DNA of 63,868 nucleotides, the filler included, from Octopus bimaculoides (Eukaryota): the NCBI RefSeq assembly GCF_001194135.2. It is 5 parts of 5 records of this genome, joined end to end, with 100 filler letters (N's around TTAATTAATTAA, not from the genome) between each part and the next. Parts side by side here need not be neighbours in the genome. Positions count along the whole stretch, not along the records: positions 22,208 to 52,201 come from NC_068990.1; 4 more parts are not named here. The stretch is one strand, 5' to 3'. Shown in pieces: positions 37,275 through 50,089 of the stretch. A program made the position numbers and the translations under genes. The notes below the pieces were generated by a model that was not told where the DNA came from, ran no database searches, and was given only the letters and a program-made list of their open reading frames with translations. Numbering within the stretch: position 1 is the first letter of the stretch; every line of letters starts with the position of its first letter.

Positions 37275-39990
37275 GTCACAAAGACACAGGAAAAAAGCCA
37301 CAGTTAATTTATGGTGACTGGTAACAAAGTCAGAGGAAAAAAGTTACAGAAAAAAAGTCAAATTAATTTACGGTGGCAGGTAATGAAGTCACAGGAAAAT
37401 ATTCACAGGGAATAAGTCACAATTAATTCATGGTGGCTAGCAATAATGTCATAGGAAAAAAGCCACAGTTAATTTATGGTGGCAGGTAATAAATTCACAG
37501 GAAAATAATCACAGTAAATTTATGGTGACTGGTAATGAAGTCACAGGAAAAATGTCACAATTAGTTTATTGTGACCAGCAGTAAAGTCACAGGAGAAAAG
37601 TCATAGGAAAAAAGTCACAAATTTATGGTTGCAGGTAATAAAGTCATGGGAAAAAGTCACAATTTATGGTGACTGGTAATAAAGTCACAGGAAAAAAGTC
37701 ATAGGAAAAAAGTCACAATTAATTTATTGTGGCCAGCAATAAAATCACAGGGAAAAAGGCACAATTAATTAATTGTGGCCAGCAATAATGTCACAAGAAA
37801 AAAATCACAATTAATTTATTGTGGCCTGCAATAATGTCATAGAAAAAAGTCACAATTAATTTAGTGTGGCCAACAATAAAAGCACAGGAAAAAGTCAAAA
37901 TTAATTTATTGTGGCCAGCAATAAAGTCGCAGCAAAAAAAGGCACAATTAATTTATTGTGGCCAGCAATAAAGTCACAGGAAAAAAGTCAAAATTAATTT
38001 ATTGTGGCCTGCAATAAAGTCACAGAAAAAAGTCACAATAAATTTATTGTGGCCAGCAATAAAGTCACTGGAAAAAAGTCACAAGGAAAACGTCACAATT
38101 AATTTATTGTGGCCAGCAATAAAGTCACAGGAAAAGCGTCACAATTAATTTATCGTGGCCAGCAATAAAGTCACAGGAAAAACGTCACAATTAATTTATT
38201 GTGGCCAGCAATAAAGTCACAAGGAAAAAGTCACAATAAAATTATTGTGGCCAGCAATAAAGTCACAATTAATTTATTGTGGCCAGCAATAAAGTCACAG
38301 GAGAAAAGTCACAATTAATTTATTGTGGCCTGCAATAAAGTCACAGGAAAAAAATCAAAATAAATTTATTATGGCCAGCAATAAGGTCACAGGAAAAACT
38401 CACAATTAATACATTTTAGCCAGCAATAAAGTCACAGCAAAAAACGTCTCAATTAATTTATTGTGACCAGCAATAAAGTCACAGGAAAAAACGTCACAAT
38501 TAATATATTTTAGCCACCAATAAAGTCACAGGAAAAAAGTTACAATTAGTTTATTGTGGCCAGCAATAAAGTCATAGGAAAAAACGTCACAATTAATTTA
38601 TTGTGGTCAGCAATAAAGTCACACGAAAAAAATCACAATTAATTTATTGTGGCTTGCAATAAAAGCACAGGAAAAAAGTCACAATTAATTTATTGTGGTC
38701 TGCAATGAAACCACAAGAAAAAAGTCACAATTAATTTAATATGGCCAGCAATAATGTCACAGGAAAAAAGTCACAATTAATTTATTGTGGCCAGCAATAA
38801 TGTCATAGAAAAAAGTCACAATTAATTTAGTGTGGCCAACAATAAAAGCACAGCAAAAAGTCAAAATTAATTTATTGTGGCCAGCAATAAAGTCGCAGGA
38901 AAAAAAGACACAATTAATTTATTTTGGCCAGCAATAAAGTCACAGCAAAAAAGTCACAATCAATTTATTGTGGCCAGCAACAATGTCACAAAAAAAGTCA
39001 CGGCAAAAAGTCACAAGTAGTTTATTGTGGCCAGAAATAAAGTCACAGGAAAATAGTCACAATTAATTTATTGTGGCCTGCAATAAAGTCACAGCAAGAA
39101 AGTCACAATTAATTTATTGTGGCCGGCAATAAAAAGTCACAGGAAGAAGTCACAATTAATTAATTGTGGCCTGCAAAAAATCACAGGAAAAAAGTCACGA
39201 TTAATTTATTGTGGCCAGCAATAATGTCACAGGAAAAAAGTCACTAGAAAAAGTCACAAGTAGTTTATTGTGGCCTGCAATAAAGTCACAGGAAAAAAGT
39301 CACAATTAATTTATTGTGGCCTGCAATAAAGTCAAAGGAAAAAAGTCACAATTAATTTATTGTGGCCAGCAATAAGGTCACAGGAAAAAAGTCGCAATTA
39401 ATTTATTGTGACCAACAATAAAGTCACAGGAAAAGTCGCAATTAATATATTTTAGCCACCAATAAAGTCACAGGAAAAAACGTCACAATTAATTTATTGT
39501 GGCCAACAATAATGTCATAGAAAAAAAGTCACGGGAAAAAGTCACAAGTAGCTTATTGTGGCCAGCATAAAATCACAGGAAAAAACGTCACAATTAATTT
39601 ATTGTGGCCTGCAATAAAGTCAAAGGAAAAAAGTCACAATTAATTTATTGTGGCCTGCAATAAAGTCACAGGAAAAAGTCACAATTAATTTATTGTGGAC
39701 AGCAATAAACTCACAGGAAAAAAGTTACAATTAGTTTATTGTGGCCAGCAATAAGGTCACAGGAAAAAAGTCACAATTTATTTATTGTGGCCAGCAATAA
39801 ATTCACAGGAAGAAAGTCACAATTAATTTATTGTGGCCAGCAATAAAGTCACAGGAAAAAGTCACAATTTATTGTGGCCAGCAATAAAGTCACAAGGAAA
39901 AAGTTACAGGAAAAAAGTCACAATTAATTTATTGTGGCCAGCAATAAAGTCACAGGAAAAAGTCACAGGGAAAAAGTCAATTAATTTATT
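37275..39990. repeat. ~2.7-kb minisatellite, ~46-bp unit AATTAATTTATTGTGGCCAGCAATAAAGTCACAGGAAAAAAGTCAC
   Basis: Directly visible tandem array of roughly 55-60 units (estimated from length); the left end is more diverged. Confidence 0.97.
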
Positions 39991-41192
39991 ACTTCCATTG
40001 TGTTGCAAGACAATCTTGAAACTCCTTTTGGAGCAACCAATGAATAGCCTCCCTTTCGAGGGATTGTTCTCGATCTCAAAATAGCTTAGCATTTTTGCAA
40101 TATTACAGCAAAACACCATTCATTCATCCTCAGCAAAGAATGGTAACAGCTCATGTTCCCTGTGATGACACTAAGAGAAGAAGGTTCCTGGTAACAAAAG
40201 CTTTTCCATATTTAGCATAGAACCAAGAAGTTCCACTGCATCCTTTGGTAGATTCAAATCTCCCACCAAATCACTGAGCCCTTCCTGTGTAAATAACTGC
40301 AGACTTTTGATTTTGCCAGGAGAGTAATCATTACCTTCTTCACATTTGTTTTCTTCATCATTATCTGATGTAACATACTATAAAACAAATGGGGTGGGGT
40401 GAGAGAGGAACTGGAATGTCAACCCCATGTGCAATAGACCATATAGCCAAGGGAATACTATTATACTTTATCTGATATTTATTTTTTGCACTAGACTCAT
40501 CAACTGTAGTAATGCAAAAATAACAATCATCACCGTGGTTACTTGGCTCTCGCCACACCATTGGTATTCCAAAAGTCATGTTTTTTCTTACTGGCTTTCC
40601 AGAGTCTCAGCCCCTCCACGCAAGTGTAACAGACTTTGTGTAAAGTCCAAGGTTTATCTTCACTACCAAAATAAGTGAAATTTAGCTTTCGTACAAAATC
40701 GGTTATATTTTGTCTCTGCTTAATGACAACATACCTGCGACAAATGTAGCAAGATACATCTGGATTGTTCACACCCTTACGTCTGTAATTTTAAGTGGAG
40801 TTTATATGCAAAAATCACTGTTGACTGACCTCTAGAACTACTAAAACAACACTAAATCATCCATTAGCAATCATGTACAGAGCTTTTGAAGGTCATGTCA
40901 TCTGTCAGAGTTGCCAACAACTGTTTAATAAACTTTATATTGACTGCTATTCTACCTTTACTAATATTAGGTCAGCATTGGTTTATAGCAATCTATTTTG
41001 TTGAGCAAAATAAATCAGATAATCACTGTCATCTGATTCTCTGATACCATAATACAGGAAAAAAAAACAGTTTTATTACAGAAAAACTAGATGTGATGGA
41101 GAAAATCTAATAACAGATCTGCAACCAACGTAAAAAATTGCTTTAAAAAATTATGTAGACATTTAAACATAAAAAATCATGGTGACTTGTGT
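39985..41192 (-). mobile_element. 5' half of a decayed DNA transposon, Chapaev-3 (CMC)-like
   Basis: NNPDVSCYICRRY...HKVCYTC...FGIPMVWREPSNHGDDCYFC, then QLFTQEGLSDLVGDLNLPKDAVELL and GRLFIGCSKRSFKIVLQHNG. Terminal-like sequence at about 41060-41192. Superfamily assignment is from memory. Confidence 0.7.
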
Positions 41193-41394
41193 AATTGGGG
41201 ATGGCTTGGTCATTGAATTCTTTGTGTCGATTAACAATCGACGGGAAGATGAGCTGCTAAGGATCACACTATCTCAAAATGTGTACGGATGTGATTGGGG
41301 ACTACGTGCTGACTTGTATTCTCACCAAAACCTCAAACTCATTGCTTTGAGCCAGCTCAACCCACTCCAGGTGAATACCACTGCAAGTACAAGT

Positions 41395-41472
41395 AAGCTG
41401 TGTAATGGGACTGAACCTGAAACCATGTGATTGTAAAGCAAGCTTCTTAACCACACAGCCACGCCTGCATCT
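41395..41472 (-). mobile_element. SINE family A head fragment
   Basis: gggactgaacctgaaaccatgtgattgtaaagcaagcttcttaaccacacagccacgcctgc. Confidence 0.75.
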
Positions 41473-41928
41473 ATGTATATACCCTGTTATTGTTCCTGCT
41501 ATCTCCATTATTGCCGTAGACATTAAGTTAGTATGACTATTTTCTATCAAAAAGACATTCTATTTTTCCTTATGAAATATTTACATTCTGCAGCGTAATC
41601 ATTTTGCTTTTATTTTCTTCCTTTTTCACTGATCTGTTGTATTCAGTTAAGTTACTAAAGGAGCGATATCGTTCTGGCTTGTAGCCATCTTGGGTTGTAT
41701 GTAAACACACATAAAATATACTTTAAACATCTAAAACTGACAAACTACGTTTCTCACCTGCTGTTTCTATGGAAGCCCAAGGTATCTCAGAAATGTTCTC
41801 TGAAGAAAATAAATAAAAATAAATGTGTTCCTTTTTCTTTTCTTCAGTTAGGTTTGGTAAAAATCCAAATTCTGAAAAATGATTAGTCACATGTTAACTT
41901 ATCTCAAAGACAAATAATAATAATAATC

Positions 41929-41966
<38 letters not shown>

Positions 41967-42009
41967 CATAATAATCATAATAATGATAATAATAATAATA
42001 ATAATAATA

Positions 42010-42272
42010 TGGGAGGTTAAGCAGTTGTGGTCGATGAAAAAGATGGTAGTAGTACCAATAATTGTCGGAGCCCTGGGAACAGTGAGTAAAAATCTTGAGA
42101 AGTACATGGAACAAATAAAAGCTGCAATAAGGGTGGAGCACTTGCAGAAAACAGCACTGCTTGGAACCACTCGAATACTCCAGAAGGTGCTCGAAAAATA
42201 AGAGGTGTTACTTTTGTTCACTGGTAGCGAACAATTGGCACTGTAGTACATCTCCAGCATTATATAAAAACA

Positions 42273-42275
<3 letters not shown>
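42010..42275 (+). mobile_element. R4/Dong-like 3' fragment 1
   Basis: WEVKQLWSMKKMVVVPIIVGALGTVSK...LQKTALLGTTRILQKVLEK* plus a 3' UTR; (AAT)n on both sides. Confidence 0.85.
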
Positions 42276-42325
<50 letters not shown>

Positions 42326-42340
42326 TAATAATAACGATAA

Positions 42341-42577
42341 AAGGTTATCCCTATTGTTATCGGAGCATTGGGTTCAATACCCCCCAATCTGAAAAAAAAA
42401 CATCTGAAAATCTTAGAAATACCCTACAATCTAGATATATTACAAAAGTTGGCATTTCTTGGAACTGCACGCATATTGCGTAAAGTACTGTCTGTCTGAG
42501 GTCCTTGTTGTGACATGACAGACAGTACAAACCCTCAGGAGACACAATATCTTCAATATTATATACTGTGCAACGTC

Positions 42578-42578
<1 letters not shown>
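42341..42578 (+). mobile_element. R4/Dong-like 3' fragment 2 (different family)
   Basis: KVIPIVIGALGSIPPNLKK / HLKILEIPYNLDILQKLAFLGTARILRKVLSV* across a frameshift in an A run; (AAT)n on both sides. Confidence 0.8.
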
Positions 42579-42632
<54 letters not shown>

Positions 42633-42641
<9 letters not shown>

Positions 42642-43014
42642 TGCTTTCTAATTGATGTATCAATACCAGCAGATGACAACGTTTCTCTAAAAGAAATGGA
42701 AAAACTTTCAAAATACAAAGACCTGGAAATAGAGATAACTCGAATGTGGAATCTAAAAACAGAAACAATTCCTATCATAGTAGGTGCCTTAGGTATAATA
42801 AAAAAATATTCAGACAAATACATAACAAAAATAGCAGGACTTACAAATATATATAACATACAGAAAATTGCACTACTGGGTACTGCACACATCCTACGCA
42901 AAACACTTTCAATACAGTAAACATAAGAGCACCACAGCAAACCACAGCACATACCCAAGGCGCACAGAGCTGCGCTCGGTAGTGAAGTGAAAGCACATTA
43001 TAAAAATAAAACTA

Positions 43015-43017
<3 letters not shown>
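42633..43017 (+). mobile_element. R4/Dong-like 3' fragment 3 (includes part of the RLE endonuclease)
   Basis: CFLIDVSIPADDNVSLKEMEKLSKYKDLEIEITRMW...PIIVGALG...IQKIALLGTAHILRKTLSIQ*; (AAT)n on both sides. Confidence 0.88.
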
Positions 43018-43054
<37 letters not shown>

Positions 43055-43499
43055 GCCCTGATGCAGTACCAGGCAGTGGCTCTCATAGCTTCTGATCTTA
43101 ATTGATTGGAAGTGTTATCATGTACATTGTTTTGTCTTGGTATAAAAGATGGGCTACAGCAAATATTCTGCTCAATACTACAGATTTGCTTGTCATTTGA
43201 ATATGTCCCTTGATGGCTGACAATATGTGCATTTCTAATCATGAGCAGAAGTAGTGGGGGCTCATCATATTGATGTGTTGAGAGGAATACTTTGGGGTTT
43301 AGATAATTCACCTTTGGAAACATGAGTGTCTCGTTCAATATCCTTAAACACACCTTATTCAGGGACCTTTTGAGTGGAATGGGTTACTTTATTATCTCCC
43401 CTTCTTCTTAGCACTCCTGTGTGACCCCTCTATCCGGCATTCTCCATGATGGATCGCTAGCCACTATGCATTCTTTATTTTCTCTCCTTGTTCCTTTCT

Positions 43500-43580
43500 G
43501 TGGTTAGGGCATTTGACTCACGATTGTAAGGTCGTGAGTTCAATTCCCATCGGCACACTGTCCTTGAGCAAGACACTTTA
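43500..43580 (+). mobile_element. tRNA-derived SINE head
   Basis: tggttagggcatttgactc...gagttcaattccc...gtccttgagcaagacacttta. Confidence 0.7.
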
Positions 43581-43920
43581 GTCGAGCAAATCGACCCCAG
43601 GACTTATTCTTTGTAAGCCTAGTACTTATTCTGTAGGTCTCTTTTGCCAAACCGCTAAGTTACAGGGACATAAACACACCAGCATCGGTTGTCAAGCGAT
43701 GTTGGGGGAAAAAACACAGATATACAAACACACATATATATATAATGTACATATACACGACGGGCTTCTTTCAGTTTCCGTCTGCCAAATCCACTCACAA
43801 GGCTTTGGTCGGCCTGAGGCTATAGTAGAAGATACTTTCCCAAGTTGCCACACAGTGGGACTGAACTCAGAACCATGTGGTTGGTAAGCAAGCTATTTAC
43901 CACACAGCCACTCCTGCACC
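43581..43920 (-). mobile_element. SINE family A, 3'-truncated
   Basis: Reverse complement is colinear with 23829-24160. Confidence 0.9.
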
Positions 43921-43948
43921 TACCTACCTACCTACCTACCTACCTACA

Positions 43949-43980
<32 letters not shown>

Positions 43981-44142
43981 CATATGCTAGACTACCTGTG
44001 ATCTGTTGGGTCACCAGGAAAGACTGAGTTTCCCAGCTATGGAGTTTTGTTTCGTGTTTTTTTTCCTTTCCTGGTTATTTTGCATGCTTTCAATGAATGT
44101 GACATCGAAAGCATGCATAAACGACTCCTTCCCCAGAAATGG

Positions 44143-44261
44143 AAAGATTTGGCTGCTATTTCTTGCACGCCCAGCTTCCACGTAACAGGTAATTTGGGTC
44201 CTTTATCGCAAATAGCTGTTACGTGGTAGCACGGCATGCTAGACATAGCAGTCAAATCTTT
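44143..44261. repeat. ~55-bp-stem imperfect hairpin
   Basis: aaagatttggctgctat...ccacgtaacag pairs with ctgttacgtgg...atagcagtcaaatcttt. Confidence 0.8.
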
Positions 44262-44759
44262 GACAGTGAGGTACATTGAATGCACTCAAAAAGAAACCTC
44301 TGGAAAAAAAAACTATTTCACACCAAAGTTACAACCAGGTCTTTTACGAAATATTTACTGTATTTTTAGAGTCATTTTCACTTAGAAATATTTTCCCTAT
44401 CATAACGTGTCTAATGGAAAGGTTAGAGTTTCTCCCCTTTCAGGATTAAGTTATTCTCAGAGTATTTTCCCATTATGTACCGTTTTGGGTATTTATACTC
44501 TCAAAACCCCAAATATCTAATAACCAATGGTCCTATTTATGCAAAACTTGTTTTATTCCATTTGTATTCACATTTCAAGGGCACTTTACTGTCAAAATAT
44601 TTCCCATCATGAACCAGTTTGGCTGTGTAATATTGCAGACAAGCAAGCAAGCAAGATTGAAGTTCATTTTTAATGTAAGGTGTCTGTATAGCTTTCGAAT
44701 GATGCCACCTTGCTGCCTAGGTCAGCAGGCCAAGTTTCAGCTTCATTAGAAGGCTAGTC

Positions 44760-44842
44760 CATCACAAGGTAGCCAATTTACAGCTGAGTGGACTAGGAAT
44801 CGAACCAACCATGTATTGATTGTGAGTACAATCCCCTAACCA
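44760..44842 (-). mobile_element. tRNA-derived SINE fragment, internally deleted
   Basis: tttacagctgagtggactaggaatcgaacc...ccctaaccactaggccatgtgcc. Confidence 0.65.
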
Positions 44843-45509
44843 CTAGGCCATGTGCCTTCACACTTAATTTATATATATATATATAGATATAGATATAGAC
44901 ACATACACACAGAAACACAAATACATAGATATATGTTAGTTTATACAAACGTACACACACACATATTTAATTGCCACCACCATGTCTCCTACAACTGTTC
45001 ATTTTACAAACTTTGGTGAAAGCCAGGCTCTCTGGAGACAAATTACAAACCAATTGCAGAGGAAGACAGCAGCTATACAATTTTAAAGAATTTTATAGAA
45101 TTCTCACTCAGTAATAAATTGAAACACTCTGATGGCATCGAGAAACATTAAGAGACAATTGTGACATAATTAGAATTTCTAAATCCTTTACGCTACAGAC
45201 AACGGGTCTAATTATACATATATATATATCTATATATACACACTCACAGGTACACACACAAAAACACACATGCACAAACACAGACACGCATACATACACA
45301 TTCGCACACACAAACACATTCACACACAGAGATATAAGTATACACACACATAACTATATATGGTAATATCCATATATTTATATATTTATACATGTGTGCA
45401 TATGTGTGTGTGTATACAGGTATATGTATCTATATTGTTTTTTGTATATAGAATACAGCTTTTTTCAAGACATTCCAACAAGCAAGGTGTACTTATATTA
45501 TATATATAC

Positions 45510-45546
<37 letters not shown>

Positions 45547-45747
45547 TGTATAGATATATGTATGNNNNNNNNNNNNNNNNNNNNNNNNNNNNNNNNNNNN
45601 NNNNNNNNNNNNNNNNNNNNNNNNNNNNNNNNNNNNNNNNNNNNNNNNNNNNNNNNNNNNNNNNNNNNNNNNNNNNNNNNNNNNNNNNNNNNNNNNNNNN
45701 NNNNNNNNNNNNNNNNNNNTATATATATATATGTATGTATATATATT

Positions 45748-45782
<35 letters not shown>

Positions 45783-45809
45783 GTTTATATACATATTTAT
45801 ATATATATG

Positions 45810-45855
<46 letters not shown>

Positions 45856-47116
45856 CAGAGAGGGAGGGCATTACATGTATATATATAAATGGTGTGTGTA
45901 TCTGTGATTATTTTTTATATATACATATACAATATATGAATGCATTTACAAATATATATGCATATATTTACGCATACATGCAAATATATACATACACATA
46001 CATATACATATATACATACACACATATATATGTATGTATATACATACATATATGTAAGTATATACATATATACATATATATGCATATACATATATCTATA
46101 TCTATCTATCAATCTATACATATATATATACAAGTATATTTACACACGCATATGCACACACACACACACACACACATATCTACATATGCATATAAATAGT
46201 ATACCAATTAAGAAATGTATGCATATATACTGTAATGCAAGCATATATATGGCTGTGTGTTTATGCAGATGAGTTTGTATGTGTATAAATATTTCTATGC
46301 TTGTGTACATACATTCTCTACAGACATATTCAAGATAAAACCACCCCCAAAAACAAAAAGGCCATTTGTTTTCAATAAATTACATATGTGCATGTATATA
46401 CATATATTATATATATATACATGTATAGGCATATATATACGTACATATATATATGTATGCATGTATTTGTGTATAGGTATGTATGTATATGTATGGGGAA
46501 TGTACCTCTATAGAAATAGATGTGTTTGTCACTGTATTAAAAGAAACTTCGCCCATTGATCATCTCTATTAAGTTTTTCATAAATTCGCTTCATTCTTTC
46601 AAACTTTTCTATGTGTTTCTCCATCTACAGATATATGTAACTATGTACATATAAGGAAAATAGACAGATCTCATTTTATGCCTTGATATATATATATATA
46701 TANNNNNNNNNNNNNNNNNNNNNNNNNNNNNNNNNNNNNNNNNNNNNNNNNNNNNNNNNNNNNNNNNNNNNNNNNNNNNNNNNNNNNNNNNNNNNNNNNN
46801 NNNNNNNNNNNNNNNNNNNNNNNNNNNNNNNNNNNNNNNNNNNNNNNNNNNNNNNNNNNNNNNNNNNNNNNNNNNNNNNNNNNNNNNNNNNNNNNNNNNN
46901 NNNNNNNNNNNNNNNNNNNNNNNNNNNNNNNNNNNNNNNNNNNNNNNNNNNNNNNNNNNNNNNNNNNNNNNNNNNNNNNNNNNATATATATATATATATA
47001 TATACATATATATACATACATATATATACATATGTGTGTGTGTGTATGTATATATGTTAAGACATTTACATATGCACGCAAATAAATGTGGTTTATACCT
47101 ACACAGATATTATACA

Positions 47117-47157
<41 letters not shown>

Positions 47158-47601
47158 CACTCTAGCAATTAATTGTTCATCTTTATGTGCAATACAAGTC
47201 GTTGCAGAAAAGTTTCCATTAAACATAACAATATTTCTTTAAATTAGACTTATGGGCGAAAATATACATTTTTCATTTCTTCTCACACATACAAACAGAC
47301 AGACAGACACACAGACACACGCATGTATGAATATATATATGTGCGCGCATGCATGTGTGTGTGTATAAGTATGTATGTTCTTTAATCTCGTTTTAGTTAT
47401 GCGATGTTTTGTCATATTGGATCTAACTGCTAAAAAGTGGAATAATGCTCCAATAAAAAAAAAATATATATATTAAAAAAATAAGATGGAAATTCAAAGA
47501 GGAACTATATTGAAAATATGAAATTATAGACGAAGAAATATTAGAAAAAATATTCCAAGTCTGTTGGTGTGTGTGTGTGTATACATACATACATACATAC
47601 A

Positions 47602-47635
<34 letters not shown>

Positions 47636-47932
47636 CATATATACATACATGTACATGCAGTATATATGTGTGTATATGTATATGCGCATTTGTGTGGATA
47701 GAGATATATAATATTAAGTCTACTAAAAGAAAACAAACTGCAGCAATTTTACACTATGTTATGTTAGACATAAAAGTCTATTTCTTCTGCATGCTGTAGT
47801 CTAAGATTAACTAGATTTGGTTATTCTTAAGAAAGAAATGAAAGGAAAAAGTACCGCTCGTATATATATGCAGATATGCATGCATACGAGCATACAAATC
47901 TGTTTACACACTTACACAGCAACAGATACATC

Positions 47933-47973
<41 letters not shown>

Positions 47974-48439
47974 ACATATACATGTACAGAGATTTACATT
48001 TTGAACAAACCAGATTTAATGATCTACAACAGAGAAAAGAAGAATATCTCTCCATGGAAGATGGAATGTGTTGGCTAGTAGATTCTAACAGAATGGGGAA
48101 AATTACTGCAGAACCAAGCATCCATGATCAATCTCTTGTGAAATCTGCTGTTAATCTGTCTGGAATTTGGTGTTTGATTCTACCAATAATTACTGGAGCT
48201 CATGGTTACAGGAATCATTGCTCAGTCTCGTCTTTGAGCAGAAATAATATACATAATCGGAAGATTAAAGCTGTGAAAGGCCCTGATAGAATATGTTAAA
48301 CATTTAGTAACATACCTATTCTCATTTGCATGTATACATACATACATATATAGATATATAAATATGCATGAGTATATATACATAGATACATGCACACATT
48401 CATAGATATATACATGTACAAATATATATATAAATGCTG

Positions 48440-48478
<39 letters not shown>

Positions 48479-48563
48479 ATTCATATATATACATGCATGT
48501 ATATATGATTGATTGCTAGGCACTAAATCACTTTTATTTTCTCTCCCTGTTTATTTCTATGTT

Positions 48564-48601
48564 TCTTTCTACTGAAGAGCATAGGCTCGAAACGTAAAAG
48601 A
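48564..48601 (+). ncRNA. Minimal hammerhead-like motif with a variant core
   Basis: TCTTT-CTACTGA-A-GAGC(ATAG)GCTC-GAAAC-GT-A-AAAGA: perfect stems I and II; the core differs from CUGANGA at two positions. Confidence 0.45.
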
Positions 48602-49704
48602 CTTTCTCACTTCCTGAGCGTTAAACTAATACATCTGTTTGTTGTTTACACACCAACAGAGACGCAGAGCTTGATTGGTGCCATGAATGTGTGAGGGAAA
48701 GGGAGCCACCAGTGGGGTCAGAACACAGTCAAGGTATAATAGAATACCCCTTTTACTTATCGTGTCATTCCTGAGACCATCTCACAAACTGCAATGCCCT
48801 GTATAGCTTTTAAACAAGGGACAACAGTTTCTCTTCACCCCTGGAGATCTCTGGAGGGCCTTATACACCTCAACTTTCTGTGATTTTTGTCTTCCACACT
48901 CATCCTCTCCATCTTCAAAAGTCATCCCTGTAAGTGTACGGCCCGTATGTATTACTGTTTATCACACACATACGCATCTGTAAATCCTTATGGTACATAT
49001 GTATTAGTATCTATGAAACCGATGGTACACAGCTGTAGCAATGAATTCTAAAGTACAAATATATATATGCGTATTAGTTCCATTTGTGTGTGTCTACATT
49101 TGGTCGAATGTGTTGTGTACAGTTTATGCATAAACTGCATATATCACTGCATACATTAGATGCATTATATGCTCAATCCTTCCACTAACGAAGATCACAT
49201 TTTCCCCTTCAGCATAAAAATTAAAATATTTATAATTAATTCTTAATTTATTGAAACTATCTCACTTTTACTTTGTGAGTCTCTGACAAATGCCGCTGGG
49301 TTTTTTCTTTTCTTCCTTTAATTAAGAGGAAAATTTCATTTAATTAATAATAATAACAATCATAATAATAATAATAATAATATTAGTAATTTCTTGCCTA
49401 CGTCATTCATTTCATCCTTACACACTTGATTTATTAATTAGTTTGCTCGTTAACTGTTCTATTTCCATTATTTAAACCTGTCACTCTTCTTCCATCTCTT
49501 GTTTACAATTTATTTCTCTGGACTACCATACATTTCTCCACCTCCACATCCTTCTCTGCATATTTTTAGAATCTTATGGTCTGGGGTTCAGTCCCACTGT
49601 TTGACATCTTGGGCAAGTGTCTCCTATCATAGTCTCATACGACCAATGCCTTATGAGTAGATTTCATGGAGGGACATTTTGTGGACGCCCACCACTTGAT
49701 ATAT

Positions 49705-50060
49705 CGTCATCATCATCATCGTTTAATGTCTGCTTTCCATGCTGGCATGGATTGGATGGTTTAACTGAGGACTGGCAAGCCAGGAGTCTGCACTAGGCTC
49801 CAATTTGATCTGGAAAGGTTTCTACAACTGGATGCCCTTCCTAACGTCAACCACCCCAAGAATACGTGCCAGTGGCACTGGAGCCAGTCAGGTAGCACTG
49901 GCATCGACCACATTTGCATGGGGCTTTTTACATGCAACTGGCGTGGGGAGTTAGTCAGGTGGCACTAGCATCGACCCACTCTCAAATGATGCTTATTACG
50001 TGCCATCAGCATGGGTGCCAACCAGGCAGTACTGGCCACGACTACAATTCCGATTTCACT
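49705..50060 (-). mobile_element. (GAT)n-tailed RTE-type element, CpG-decayed
   Basis: catcatcatcgtttaatgtctgctttccatgctggcatgggattggatgg...ggatgcccttcctaacg. Confidence 0.85.
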
Positions 50061-50089
50061 TCACTCAAAGTTTGGCAGAAGGCCAGCAT

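Noticed and set aside
37275-39990. CRISPR-like array (palindromic repeats)
   Set aside because: Units are contiguous with no unique spacers, there are no cas genes, and the context is eukaryotic; it is a satellite.
44330-44680. Possible non-autonomous Helitron-like end (gcaa repeats)
   Set aside because: No clear 3' hairpin plus CTRR terminus or 5' TC; the resemblance is only stylistic.
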